Assembly (NCBI GenBank): GCA_951406725.2
Contig: OX597827.1
Span: 7,254,001-7,318,000, forward strand
Direction: 5' to 3'
Length of the DNA: 64,000 bases
Source of the DNA: Octopus vulgaris
Taxonomy: Eukaryota
The notes under the pieces are model-generated. The model worked only from the letters and a program-made list of their open reading frames with translations. It was not told where the DNA came from and ran no database searches. Shown here one piece after another: positions 28,205-43,193 of this stretch. Both the position numbers and the translations under genes were made by a program. Positions within the stretch are counted from its first letter, which is position 1. The number at the start of each line of letters is the position of its first letter.

Positions 28205-28418
28205 TATGTGGGTTTTGTAAGAAGCTTGCTTCACAAACACATGGTTCTAGGTTCAGTCCCACCATGTGGCACCTTGGGCAAGCGTCTTCTACTATAGCCT
28301 TGGGCCAACCAAAGTGAGTGGATTTGGTACATGGAAAGTGAAAGAAACCCATTGTATATATATATATATATATACATATATATGTGTGTGTTTTTTTTTT
28401 TTTTTTTTTTTTTGTATG

Positions 28419-28449
<31 letters not shown>

Positions 28450-28680
28450 TGTGTGTCTTTGTGTCCCTGTTTGTTCCCCACTGTCAACTGACGACCGGTG
28501 TTAGTGTGTTTGCATCCCCATAACTTACAGTTTGGCAAAAGAGACTGATAGAATAAGTACTAGGCTTGAAAAATAAGTCCTGGGGGTGATTTGTTCAACT
28601 AAAACCCTCCAAGGAGGTGCTCCAGCATGGCCACAGTCAAATGATTGAAACAAGTAAAAGAACAAAAGAATTAAAGAATT
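28205..28680 (+). mobile_element. SINE family B
   Basis: Head, core, internal microsatellite and tail. Confidence 0.85.
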
Positions 28681-29776
28681 ACATTTTCACTCTATTTTAT
28701 ACAAACATTATTCCATTTGTTTATAAAATTCTAGGGGCCTCTGTTTCTCAGGCTTGGCAATTTAATTGTATCCATGAGCACAAGCCTTAGCAAATTGTTT
28801 TCCTTTTTGCGTTTAAAACTGACAGTTGCCCATGAACATTTTCCTTCTCCAAGGCATGTCAAAAAGGAAAGGCCTTAAAAAAGCTTGGTGCCAGTGTTGT
28901 CACAGAAGTTGCTATGAGAATTCAAAGGGCCAGAATAGATCTGCGAGGCATTTCTGCTAATCTTGTATTGGCAATTTAAGAATAAAGGCAAAGAGGACCT
29001 TGGCAGGATTTGAACTTAGAGCATAGAGAGTCAGAATAAAAACTGTGAAGTGTTAAATCCAACAAGCTAACAACTCTACTATTTTACCAACTTTTTCTTT
29101 TTTTTTTTACTTTCTTTTGTATGTTGATATAAGGCACAAGTGTGGCTGTGTAGTAAGAATCTTGCTTCCCAATCACATGATTTCAGGTTCAGTCCCACTG
29201 TGTGGCACCTTAGGCTAATATCTTCTTCTATAGCCTTGGGCTGATCAAGGCCTTAAGAGTGGATTTGGTAGATGGAAACTGTCTGTTTTGGTATGGTTTC
29301 TATATCTGGAAGCCCTCTCTTCCTAAAACCAAGCACTCTATATATATATAAATGTACACATGTATATAAACCTACACATGCATACAAACATACATAATAT
29401 AAAAATATATATACAATCACACACACATATACACATATGTATATATATATATATATATACATGTGTGTGCATGCGTATGTGTATGTGTATATATATATAT
29501 ATATATATAGTCAATTCGAGGATATCAAGTCTTCATTAGGGATTAAATAATCTCAAACTTCTAACTGGTTAATCACTATCATGTATGGAGAAAGTCATGA
29601 CAGCATGTTAAGGATTATTATAGTAATAAACATATATGTAGCTTTGGGGATTCTGCCATTTCTATTTTTGACCTTTATAATTTATTTGGATTGTTTTTTA
29701 TAAAAAACTTTCAACCTTATAATATCATACAAAATGAATTAATTATATAACCATAATTCTCCAATTTCTTTCTTTC

Positions 29777-29829
<53 letters not shown>

Positions 29830-29992
29830 GTATATATATATAAATATAAAGTTAATCCAAACATGAAAACACAAAGAGAAAACACAACAACGCAAGGACG
29901 TGGAACAATTATAGTGTTATTGGACGCTTAGGAAAGGAAAGAAGGAGGATTTAACGTTTCGAGTGAACCTGTGTGTGTGTGTGTGAGTGTAA

Positions 29993-30320
29993 AGGCGCAT
30001 GGCTCAGTGGTTAGAGCATCGAGCTTATGATCGCGAGGTTGTGAGTTTGAATCCCGGACCGGGCTGCGTGTTGTGTTCTTGAGCAAGACACTTTATTTCA
30101 CATTGCTCCAGTTCACTCAGCTGTAAAAATGAGTTGCGACAACACAGGTGCCAAGCTGTGTCGCCCTTTGCCTTTCCCTTGCCACTAGTGGCACGGAGAG
30201 GGGATGCTAGTATGCATGGGCGACTGCTGGTCTTCCATAAACAACCTTACCCGGACTTGAGCCTGGGAGGGTAACTTCCTAGGTGCAATCCCATGGTCAG
30301 TCATGACCGAAGGGGGTCTC
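29993..30320 (+). mobile_element. SINE family C
   Basis: ggcgcatggctcagtggttagagc head; homologous to 362-695. Confidence 0.88.
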
Positions 30321-30321
30321 A

Positions 30322-30369
<48 letters not shown>

Positions 30370-30685
30370 AGTTTAAAGATCCAATAGAGGTAAAATCAAC
30401 AAAAAAAAAATACTCCTTCAAGTGAGAGATAAATATCAATTTAAATACTTGACTAAAATAGCTACTAATAGTTTCATGCTTTTATGATACTTGAACATGC
30501 ATACTTATAAAATGCACCATGTATCTTAAAGCAATCATTTCAGACACTCACAAGGAATGATATTTTTACTGAAGATTTACACCTTTTATATTTATGTGAG
30601 CTAGTTGAAAAATATCTGGATATATTATTTATATGACAGAAACACGTCATCTGGGTAGCCAAGTTGGGTAGACTAACTTTATAAA

Positions 30686-30884
30686 TATTGATTTCAAATT
30701 TCTGAATAAGGCCAGAAATTTTGTGGAAGAGGGTAAGTCGATTACATTGACTCCAGTACTTGACTAGTACTTATTTTATTGACCCCGAAAGTATAAAAGG
30801 CAAAGTCAAGCTCAGAAAAATTTGAACTCAAAATGTGTGAAGACAGATAAAATACTGCTAACGATTCTGCCAGCTTGCTGCCTT
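30686..30884 (-). mobile_element. SINE family A variant
   Basis: Core and head recognisable. Confidence 0.75.
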
Positions 30885-31353
30885 ACTAACACTATAAACA
30901 TTAACTATTATATATAAAAAGTAAATGATTTCCATTTCATTGTAAAAATACTAATTTAATGCATGGAATTCTGTGCATAGTTGAGTACATGCCTGCTATT
31001 TTGATCTTGAACAGACGTAGTATCTACTGCCTTTCAAGTTTAATCCAAACATTAACCAGTAATGCTTTTAATTACATGTGCCATAAGTTCATCACCATAA
31101 TATATAATTTATAGTTGGAATTCAGTCAGAAATTAAACTGTTTTTTAAGTGTCAGAACAGAGTGAGGGTATGTATATGAGAATGTTAGATTACATATTGT
31201 GTTTGCTTCTAATGCTTCAGCTACTTTTAAGAGATGATATTATTATTTTATGAGAGTTCATAAAAATAGTAATAATGAATATATATATGTATATATATAT
31301 ATATAAATATATATACGTATGTATGTATGTATGTATGTATGTATGTATGTATG

Positions 31354-31388
<35 letters not shown>

Positions 31389-31493
31389 GCATGTATGTAT
31401 GTATGTATGTATGTATGTATGTATGTATGTATGTATGTATGTATGTATGTATGTATACATGCATGCATGCATGCATGTATGTATGTATGTATG

Positions 31494-31525
<32 letters not shown>

Positions 31526-31649
31526 TATATATATGCACACACATAAGTATATATATATATATGTATATACATACATGTGTAAGTATGTATATATATGCAC
31601 ATACATACATACATGCATGCACACATACATACATACATACATACATACA

Positions 31650-31682
<33 letters not shown>

Positions 31683-32044
31683 TTGCTCACATGTATATGT
31701 AGGTACAAAACTCAAATTTTAAAATTCATATAGACGAATATACTTACATACATAAATGTATATATATATACAGTCATCCAATCATTCTTCTATACATGCA
31801 TGCCTACATATATGTATGCATACATACATGCACACATACATGCATGCATTAAGTACATACATCAATATGTTAATAACATGCATACACACATGTCTACCTG
31901 CCCAAAGTTCCATAGAGTGAGATCAAATGCAGAATAACATGACTGAGAAGTAAATTGCTCAACTATACATTGATCTATCCATCTTCCCCATCCGTCCATA
32001 TTTGTGTTTGTATACATATGTGTGTGCATGTGTGTGTATGTGTT

Positions 32045-32092
<48 letters not shown>

Positions 32093-32215
32093 CACACACA
32101 CACATACAAGCACAAATAAATCTATATATCTATATATATGTATATGTATATATGCATGTGTATATATGTATAGATATATATATACATACATATATATATA
32201 CATAAATATGTATCC

Positions 32216-32249
<34 letters not shown>

Positions 32250-32307
32250 ACATATTTCTGTATATATATATTTATATATATATGCACACATATATATACA
32301 TGCACAA

Positions 32308-32352
<45 letters not shown>

Positions 32353-33234
32353 TAGATAGATATACATATATACATATATATATATATGATTATATATGGT
32401 ATATATGATATATACATACATATATATATGCATGTATGATGCTTATCTATTAAATCTCTGGATTTATGATCTTTAATCAACGTACACCTATTTTTTTAAA
32501 TCTCATATTTAAATTGCTCTTTATATATTTAATTAAAAAACACTATCTTAACATCTAGAGTTTCTGTGTGTGTGTGTGTGAGTGGCTGTGTAAATGCATG
32601 TGTGTGCATATGTCGATGTAAATGTGTGAATGTGTATTTGTGTACATGTGCGCATGTGCATATGTGCTTCTGTGTCTGTGTGCGCGTGCCTGCGTTTTGC
32701 GATAGCGCTCCTGTCTCTTTGCTAACAACAATGCAATAAGGCTGGGAGCAAACTAACAGCAGAGCTTCTATGTAATTCGTTCATCCTACTCAGCAGCCTA
32801 AACTTCCTCAGCAGCCTCACTACTAATTTTAAGAATGGATCCATATGATACACGTGATCAATTTTAAAACATCACATGTTACAATAAAAATAGGGGCTGA
32901 TTAAGGCCAGAATACTTTGCAGACGATAGCAGTAGCTGTTGTCTGATACATCAGGCTTCATACATATGTTGTTGTTGTTGTTTCTGTTTCATAGCCTCAA
33001 GTCATCTTTGATTGAACTAACTTACAATTTATTACATTCCATTCCTACCGTGACCATCCAGTCTCTGTTTCAGGAATAGTATACCCTAGACTATATTATC
33101 TGTTACATTCGCTAATTTTTTAAGACTGTAAGATATGGTTTGACTACTATTTTTAGCTTGTTGATTAGGCAATTAGAGGCACTGTGTTTCGTGATTGTTG
33201 AAAATGGAATGTTTGTCCAAAGTATTTCCCCAAA

Positions 33235-33665
33235 TATCTCTATGCTACAGACCTACAATTTTTGGTGTGAAGGGTTTGACCAAAATGTTTGCCTTTAATG
33301 TTTAATCCAATACCTCTATGCTACAGACCTACAATTTTTTGTGTGAAGGGTTTGACCAAAATGTTTGCCTTTAATGTTTAATCCAATACCTCTATGCTAC
33401 AGACCTACATTTTTTTGTGTGAAGGGTTTGACCAAAATGTTTGCCTTTAATGTTTGATCCAATACCTCTACGCTACAGGCCTACAATTTTTGCCTCAGTT
33501 GTTTGATCTCTATACTACAGGTATACAATTTTGGCTTTAAACATTTGAGCAAATACCACAATGCTACAGGCCTAAAAGTTTTGCTTTTTGTGTTTGACCA
33601 GATATTTCTATGTTACAGGCCTACAATTTTATTATTAAGTATTTGACCAAATACTTCAATGCCAC
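33235..33665. repeat. 76-bp tandem repeat (3 full copies) followed by shorter decayed units
   Basis: Units start at 33235, 33311, 33387, 33463. Confidence 0.88.
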
Positions 33666-34422
33666 TTTACCACTTACAAAGTTGGTGAAATGGCAGAGTT
33701 GTTAGAACCCTTTGAAGAATTTGTTCCAGCTCTTTGCACTCTGAGTTTGCATCTCACATCAAGAGTTCACCAAGGACAATTTTACTGTCATTCTTTTTGA
33801 AGCCACAAATGACCACCTAATCAAAGACAACAGTTTAAATGAATTGTAAGAGCTTTGAATGTGTTATCTTCTGATAATTGTTCCATCTGTTTGTATTCTG
33901 ATGGCAACTTCTACTTCTTCACTGGTGCCAAGCTGTATCTATCATTGTCTTTTTTTTGGTCAATAATGGTGACCCACAGTGGGGAGACTTGGAAGCATGC
34001 ATAACAACTGATCTTTCAAATAGTCCTTGCCCATGCCTGTTCTGTGAAGGGCAATTTCTAGGTTCAGTAGTTCATAGGCTCATAAGATAAGCAAATACCC
34101 TGAATATGGTTACTGGTGCTTTTCAACAATAGCTGTGAGCTGTTTATTTCTAGTTATACTCATATCCTTGTTTATCTCTGATTCATTTACTACTGATCCA
34201 GGTAACATGGTATGCTCAATTGTGAACCTTATGCTTATCACAAATTAATCTGTGATAACATGGGTCAATGATCAGTCAAAGATTCTGCTTGGATTGTAAA
34301 AGTATGCTCCATCAATCATTCACAATACTCAGGACAACTTGGAGTCTTGGAATGAAATCTGCTTCTCCTATATGGTCTATTATTTATTTATCAATGTCAT
34401 TTAACACTGTGTTTTTTTAATA

Positions 34423-34930
34423 TAATAATATAATAATAATGAAATTATTGTATACAGTGCTCAGGTGTACCACAACTTGTCAGAAAGTGCATATAAAGTA
34501 CATGCAGTAATGTAGAAATGTCTGGAAAGTGAACAATGTATGAGTCAGATACATGCTTGTGTGTGTATGGAGGGGAGAAAATCAAGTGTAGTGTTGGCGA
34601 ATCTCAGGAAGCATGGAAGTTTTGAAGGTTGCAGTGCTCCGACAACTAACAACTGATGCCGGCAGTTTGTTCCATGCTTCAGCAACTCTTAGCCTGAAAA
34701 AATGTTTCCTGAAGTCATGGGAGCTGTGCTGTTTTCTGACTTTGTAAATATGTCCACGGGTGTAAGATGGGTGAAGTTTAAAAGGGTGCTCAGAGTTATT
34801 GTTTGTACGATGGTTGATAATTTTATGGGTGTCTGCCAAGTCAGCTGCCAGACATCGGAGTTTCAATGTGTCCATGCCCAGGGAAGTAAGGCGTTCAGGA
34901 TATGGAAAATGCCTGATGGAGGGTATTCTT
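34423..34930 (-). mobile_element. CR1-type LINE 3' end with (ATT)n tail
   Basis: TLKLRCLAADL...TRGHIYKV...RKHFFRLRVAEAWNKLPASVV...FK, typical CR1 ORF2 C-terminus, then 3' UTR and short-repeat tail. Confidence 0.88.
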
Positions 34931-35129
34931 TCCTTTAAACCTGTGGCAAAATGTGGATAGATGTAAACAATTTAACAATACAGATGAATAAATGTGGCTT
35001 CGGGGAAATTTTGTTGTCATTTTCTCTGGAAATTGCAGGTTTTGATTTTTATTTGTCTTGTTGTCAAAAATGGAAGGGGACAGCATTTTAAAAACTTGAA
35101 TTCTTAACTGAAACTTAATTCAATTTTTT

Positions 35130-35518
35130 CATTTTACTTGTTTTAAGTCATTGAGCCACAGCCTTGGGGGTACTGCCTTGAAGGTTTTAGTGGAACAAAT
35201 CAACCCCAGCACTTAATCTTTTAAAATTTGGTACTTATTCTATCAGTGTATTTTGCTGAAATGCTAAGTCATGGGAATGTGAAGAAAATGACATCAGTTA
35301 TCAAACTGTGGTGAGAGGATACAAACTGAAACACACACACACACACACACAATTACAGATACTTACTTAGTTTCCATCTATCAAATTTATCCTCAAAGCA
35401 TTAATTGGCATGGAATTATTATAGAAAAACACTTTCCCAAAGTGTTGCACTGTGGGACTGAACTTAAAACTATGAGGTTGCAAAATGAGTTTCTTAACCA
35501 TACAGCCATCCCTGCACC
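35130..35518 (-). mobile_element. SINE family B, diverged
   Basis: Head/core/tail recognisable. Confidence 0.7.
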
Positions 35519-37182
35519 TAACACAGATTTTTCTTTCTAATGTCATAGATCTTTTCTGTTTTGAAATACAATCAATAAATATTTTGCATATGTACACGTA
35601 TTTTAATGCAGGAACAATAGTAATAGTTCTTCTTCTTTAAGGATAAAATACAAAATTTAGAGTGAGCTTTGAACTCACATTAATAAGTTCTATTTATGTA
35701 ACCTCTTAAAGCTCTCAGTTTCTCTATCTTCCACTTGTAAATTTTGGAACTTGTTAAGTATTTCTAGTTTTAAATATATTTATTCAGTTTTATGTAGAAA
35801 TCTAATAAGCTCAGCAGGAAGAACAGCTGCAGATGAACGTATCTCCATAAGAAATTATTTCATTTATAGAGATAAAAAAAAAAATGTGTTGCTGAGTTGG
35901 TGGCTGTCTTCTACAAGTAGGTGATGTTGTTGTTGCTTAGTTTCACATTACCTCTGGTCAAACAGAACTATGATTAAAGGTGTTCCAGACATGACTTTCT
36001 TGCCTTTTATAAGAGTATACAGGAATGTGTATCAATGTGCCTTTTCTTTTCCAAGACAGGAAAGTGTAATTTTTTTAGGGAGATTTATGGCAGCCATTTC
36101 TAGCAGGCCTGTTGACCAGAGAGAAGCATGTACAGTAGCTCAAGTGTCAACCTCATCAGTTCGATAATCATTAAGTTATTGGTGATGATTTAAATGTCAG
36201 AATAGCACAAGTTGGCATTGAAGTGGAAATGAGATCATAAGGGGTTCATACTTTACTTACAGACATTAGTGGTAAAGAAATAATCAAAACAGAGATGAAA
36301 TTAAGCCAGATATCAAATCATTAACCAATAGAGCATCATATTTTGTTGTTATAAATGTCATACTTGACATTTGTAAGTGACAATTGAAATATTAAGCTAA
36401 ATTTTGATTAAAAACTTAACATTGAGTTCTCTTACACAACAGCTCAAAAACTACAGAGGAATTTAAATAACACTGGAATTTATTAAGATGCTTATAACTT
36501 ATAAACAAAAATTCTTATTGCAAGAAATTTTAGTTTCCTTTTCCAAGAAAATTCATATGTAGTGAAATGCATGTGTTATAACAAAAATTGAACTGCTATG
36601 CAATAATTGTAATACTTCATATGCAGTTTGTGATAATGTTGAATTCAGAGCTTTTAATAGCCCCAGGGAACTTATGCAATCTAAATGTTGAAGAAAATCA
36701 TTTAACACCTACACGAGAAACGTCAATAAATTTAAATATATTTGCAGCATGATTTCAATGTGAGCCACATATTGGGAAATTAAGATTAAAAACCTTGCTG
36801 TTCGGTGCTGGAATAGAATATATTGGACTATTGCTGTACAGTAACATAATATAATGTAGTTCTGTACAAGGAAAAATTTCTCTACTGCAACATAATATTT
36901 GCAACTGAAGAATAATAAATTATATTACATGAAACAATACAACATCAGAACATACCATATTACAACAATATGCTATATCCTTTCATAGGATGTTGTGTGT
37001 GAAACATTTAAATGAAATGCTATTTGATATCTTATAATATTGCAGTGAAAACTATATAACATGTAATGTGAAACACATGTTTACAACATACACATGAAAT
37101 ATATATCATATTATATCACCAAGGTGCTTGACATTATTCTAATACATGATAACATTTATATGTTAACATGGAAGTAAAAAAA

Positions 37183-37527
<345 letters not shown>

Positions 37528-38313
37528 TGTGTGTATTCATACATACATATGTGCATACGTACTTACAGACATACACACTCATAGAAACACATACATACAC
37601 ACATGTGCATACATATATACATACATACATACACATACATACATACATACATACATAAGTATGTATGAATGCACACACACATGCACAGACACACACATGC
37701 ACAGACACACACATACATATACACATACATTATAAACTATGCTTCCATGATAAAATACCACGTATCATAAAGAGATATTAGGATAGAAGAAATATAATTA
37801 TGTATTGTACTATAAAACACAGCAAAAAAGAAAACAAAACATTACAATGAACTATAAAATGGCATATCATCACATGTGCAATGTTTTATATCACAACCAT
37901 ATAATATTATATCAGGCAGTGCAATACAATGTGACATCGTGCTACCTCATATGAAGTATGCAGTAAGTGTCATAAAGCTTGAAATGAATCTATGGGGAGA
38001 CAAATTTTTTGATAAGTGTCTTCATCCTAAGTCCAAGATAACAGGAGTTTGATAAGTTTATTTGCTGTGAGGAATTTGGAATCTAACATTTTTCTGTCAT
38101 AACCATCACCTTACAATAAATAAATAAAAAAATGGAAAAAAATTGGTGGTGTCCCTAGAGCTGGATGGAAGTAAAAGTCACTTAATTTTCCTTTTCCTTG
38201 TTCATTTACTGCCTTTTGTGGGAGGCATTAACCTTTTAATATCCCATTGCTCTTTAGAAAAAAATGGGATATTAAAATTTGTATCCAGTCAAAATAAACA
38301 TTACATTAAATAA

Positions 38314-38488
<175 letters not shown>

Positions 38489-38490
38489 TA

Positions 38491-38537
<47 letters not shown>

Positions 38538-38579
38538 CACACATACACACACACACACACACATATATATATATGTATA

Positions 38580-39865
38580 TCAGGTTATCCCATAAGTTCT
38601 GTTCGAATTTTGAATAAAGAAAACAAGTGATCAAATGTTATATTCAATTGAAATTTAACCATCAATGTACTTTCCCTGATTATCTATGACTTCCTTCCAT
38701 CTATTTACAATCTTTTTAATCCCATCAATGTAAAACTCTTTTGGTTTCAAAGTGAAGAACTCTGAAATGTCAGTTTCGACCTCCTGGCTTGTGAAAGTTA
38801 TGTCCCCCAGATGATTCTGTAAGCTACGAAACATGGTAGTTTGAAGGAACAAGGTTGAGAGAATAAGGTGGATGAGGAATTTTTTCTCAACCAAGCTTTT
38901 CGATCTTCTGTGATGTGATCTTTGCAGTGTGGGGTCACACATTGTCTTGATGAAACATCACTCCTTTTCGATTCACTAAAGCGGGTCTTTTTCTTCCTGC
39001 AAACCTTGGTTCAAACACTCTAATTGCTGACAGTAGACTTCAGCATTGATTGTTGCATTTGGTGGCAACAATTCAAAGTGAATTACTCCTTTGCAATCCC
39101 ACCAGATAGAGAGAAGAACATTTTTTCCATGAAGTTCCTTTCTCGGTTGTGGTTCAGCTTTTTCCCTTTTACCAAGCCACTGTTTACAACGTTTAACATT
39201 TCGATAGAAGATCTATTTTTCGTGACCAGTCACAAGTCTATCCAAAAGGGGTGAAATAAGTTCACGAGACAGGAGAGAAGAGCAGATGTCAACTTGTGAT
39301 TTGCGGTTGCTTTTGGACAATTCATGAGGCACCCATTTTTTCAAGTTTAGGAACCTTTCCAAGTTGTTGAAGATGACAACGAACAGTTGTATGGCTTGAA
39401 CTAAGCTTTATTGCCAATCCTTCAACTGATAATGCAGGATCTTCTTCAAGTAATGCCCCAAGGAGCTTATCATCAAACTCAACTGGACGTCCTGTTCGAT
39501 CTTCATCTTCAAGGCTGAAACCTCCACTTCTAAATTTTGCAAACCATCTTCTGCAAGTTCTTTCATTCAAGCATTCTTTCCCATAAACTGAGTGTATGTT
39601 TTGAGTTGCTTCAGCTGCAGAGTTTCCTTTTTTGTACTCATAAAGCATTATGTGCCTTAAATGCTCTTTGGATACTTTCATGTTAGAAAGGGTTTTAATC
39701 AAAGAAATTTTAATTCTATTATTCTGTAAAATAATATTTAATTAGTTTAAATGTACACAAAAGCATAAAAATAATTTTTAATTCCATTAGACATTCTAAA
39801 GTACTATTAAATTTCACTCAATTTAAAAAAAAGTAAAATCGGACAGAACTTATGGGATGACCTGA
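38580..39865 (-). mobile_element. Full-length (1286 bp) mariner, DD34D type, inactivated transposase
   Basis: TIRs TCAGGTTATCCCATAAGTTCTGT / ACAGAACTTATGGGATGACCTGA with TA flanks; HTH region MKVSKEHLRHIMLYEYKKG...RRWFAKFRSG, decayed WVPHEL, VTGHEK, HQDN and PYSLNLVPSNYH motifs across frameshifts. Confidence 0.95.
38655..39681 (-). pseudogene. Mariner transposase pseudogene
   Basis: ORF fragments 39322-39702 and 38655-38942 plus intervening frameshifted motifs. Confidence 0.9.
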
Positions 39866-40139
39866 TATATATATATATTCATATATATATGTATATATAT
39901 TTGTATATATATATATATATATATAAATAGGTATATATATATATTCATATTATATATATATATACATACACACACACACACACACAATATATATAAATAT
40001 AATATAATAAATGTGAAAACTAATTTCTGTGTGTCAGTGTGTCACACTTTGACCCCCTCTCTCACTATTCAATGACACTTCTATTATTCCTCATGCAGTA
40101 TGAGAATAATAGTAGGCATAGAGACGGTGAGAGTGGTGG

Positions 40140-40177
<38 letters not shown>

Positions 40178-40271
40178 AAAGTGAGGCAGAGAAAGAGAGA
40201 AAGTTGATGGATGATTTATTAAAATTAGTAGTGTTGATGGTGGCAGTGAGAGTAATAATATGAGAGAGAGT

Positions 40272-40328
<57 letters not shown>

Positions 40329-40478
40329 TGGGTATGTGAGAGAAAGAGAGAGATGATGTACAACTTTGTTTAACCATGTCTCTTTGACAGAAATTCCTGT
40401 GGGTAACATACCGAACCAGCATACTGAACACTTTTATACATGGTTTTATCATTTTTGCTTCATTTTTGGCTTTATTTA

Positions 40479-40524
<46 letters not shown>

Positions 40525-41877
40525 ATATATATATATACACACACACACACATATGGAAAGCGGACGTTAAGTTTTATAATAATTCATTTTTAGGAATTGC
40601 ATAAAAAAATTGTTAAAACAGTTTGTGCATTGTAGAAATATAACAAATTTATTGCAGATAAATTTTAACAGCAAAATCTTAAATGAACTCCCAAGGGCCA
40701 TATTGACCCCGGTTGAGAATCAATGATCTGAAAGACACTTATTTGCTTGTAATAGTATATCAGGTAAAAAAAAGGAAGTGATTTGACAATAGTGAATCAA
40801 CAAATTTATATAATTACTAGAATCTGAGATTACTGATTATTTGTATGTATTAACAGGAATTACTATAGATGGTAGCTTGCCCAATTTAACCTCATGACCT
40901 GCCTATAGGGTACCTACTCTGATACAATATCCAGATAAGATTTCCAGTCTGGGAATATCAAGATATGTCCCTTTTTATTCCTCACGTACCTGAGATCCTA
41001 AAAATGCTATGAATTTCCTTTCTTCTTCTAGCTAAGCCATATTCCACTGTTTCTTATAGGTGGGGCCAGGCCTTCCTGGATGTGTCTGTGAGGACTGAAA
41101 AGCAAGTGGGTGAATTAAATACGACATGTTTAATAAAGTGAAATAAGCATCAGATATATTTTACTCCAAGTAGAAACTGCAGAAAGTTAATTACTTAGAA
41201 ATGCTGCAAACTCCTTCCCTTGCTGATGACTAAGGCTGTTGCTTTGGTGAGACCTCTTCTGCATCTTCAACAGATATCTCACAAGCAGAGTCCTTAGTCT
41301 GTAACTTTGCCTGAGAGGGACGGTAAGGGCTAAATTATCCTATGTCTGCAGAAGGGTTCCCTGTGCAGTTTTTGTCAACTACATCCACTTTACTTTAGTC
41401 TCAGTAGTCATGGCTGTCTCCCTAATGCCTTTCTTCAGTTGCCAGAATTGCAAACAAATCTTTGGCATAAAACAGTCTACTCATCTTGCTGGGATATTGT
41501 TGCAAATGGCTTCAATAAAAACTGAGATTGCATGCCATCGTTTTAAAATTATTCAATACCATGGTGAAAAGAAAAGTAATTAAATGAATGTAAATACTGT
41601 TTTGTATTTTCATAACTAAAGAAGATGAAGACAAAGTGTTACTTTTATTTGTGGTAGAGTTGGGGTAGCTTGTATTGCTACTTTCAAAATTACTGCCATA
41701 ATACCTGGTAGGGTACAATAGTTAGTTGTGTTTTTCTAGACTCCGAGATCAAATCTTGCTGGCATTAGCTATGCTTTTCATATTTGTGTGGCTGATAAAA
41801 TAAATAACAGTAATATACTGGGGTCAATTTAAACCACCTATACCTAGCTACATAAAAAACAAAAACGCATTAATATT

Positions 41878-42037
41878 TATTTCTTTATTGCCCACAGGGG
41901 GCTAAACATAGAGGGGACAAACAAGAACAGACAAACAGATTAAGTCGATTATATCGACCCCAGTGTGTAACTGGTACTTATTTAAGCGACCCCGAAAGGA
42001 TGAAAGGCAAAGTCGACCTCGGTGGAATTTGAACTCA
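41878..42037 (-). mobile_element. SINE family A, 5'-truncated
   Basis: Tail and core present. Confidence 0.85.
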
Positions 42038-42318
42038 TTAGAGCTAGTAAGATTGCACAACAGCCAAAATTAGTGGAGAATTAGGCAAGATGTCTTGGCG
42101 TACTTTTTTGTGTTAGAATCCAGCTAGTAATACTGTATAACTTTTGATCTACTTTATCAATTTATGGTGTACAAAACTATAGCATAAAACAATTTCTAAT
42201 AATATTATGTTTCCAGCAATGTTGTATAGATCTGTCAACTTCATATTTCATGCTGTCATTATATTAAGGTTTCAGTTGACATAGTTTTCAATACTCTCCC
42301 TAACCGTAAAATTTTGAT

Positions 42319-42517
42319 TAAGACTGAATTTACAGAGTCTTATAAAGACTGAATTTGCAAACCTTTGTTAAGGTTGATTTTACAAACCCTTATAATGACT
42401 AAATTTACAAACCCTTCTGAAGATCGAATTTACAAATTTTTATAAAGATTGGAATTTGCAAATTCTTATTAATATTGGAATTTGCAAGCCTTTATTAAGA
42501 TTGGAATTTACAAACCA
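42319..42517. repeat. Degenerate 25-26-bp tandem repeat (aagactgaatttacaaaccctt..), ~8 copies
   Basis: Periodic gaattt.caaa motif. Confidence 0.75.
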
Positions 42518-43069
42518 ATATCATGAGTTCATCTTTGGCTTTCATCATTCTGGAGTCAATAAAATAAAATACCAGTGAAGTACTGTGTTCAATATAATCG
42601 ATTATACACCCTTCTGAAATTTGTGGCTATGTGCCAATTTTAGAGATCAGCTTTAATTTAGCACACCAGATGACTACTCACTGTCCTCCATCGTCTAATT
42701 AATAGATACCTCTAATTATGAAAAGTCAATTAGTTGACTATTTATCACACCTGCATGTAATAAATTAAATATTGATTGCCTGATTGATTAATTGATTATA
42801 TAAAATTATATTTCAGTTCTTCACTTGTTCTCGGTATTTGCCCATGTACTTGACTACGGTTCAAATGTTAGGCTCCTTATTAAGCACTTCAGCCAGTAAA
42901 TTTGGTAGATGGAAGTTGTGTGAAAGCCTGTATGTATGTATGTATGTATGTGAAATACATCCATCCATCCATACATACATACATGCATGCATGCAAACAT
43001 ACATACATACATACATACATACATACATACATACATACATACATACATACATACATACACACACATACG

Positions 43070-43149
<80 letters not shown>

Positions 43150-43193
43150 TACATACGTACATATATATAATGAACTAACTGTTACTTTCTCAG

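Noticed and set aside
30569-30655. CTGAAGA ... GAAACACGTC as a plus-strand hammerhead
   Set aside because: No convincing stem I or stem II in register
21568-32480. Long ORFs rich in HT/YI/CV/MYVC/poly-S/poly-M
   Set aside because: Translations of (CA)n, (TA)n, (TACA)n and (CAT)n microsatellites
41000-41515. GC-richer coding-like block on the minus strand
   Set aside because: Multiple stops in the frames read and no recognisable motif; probably an old TE remnant
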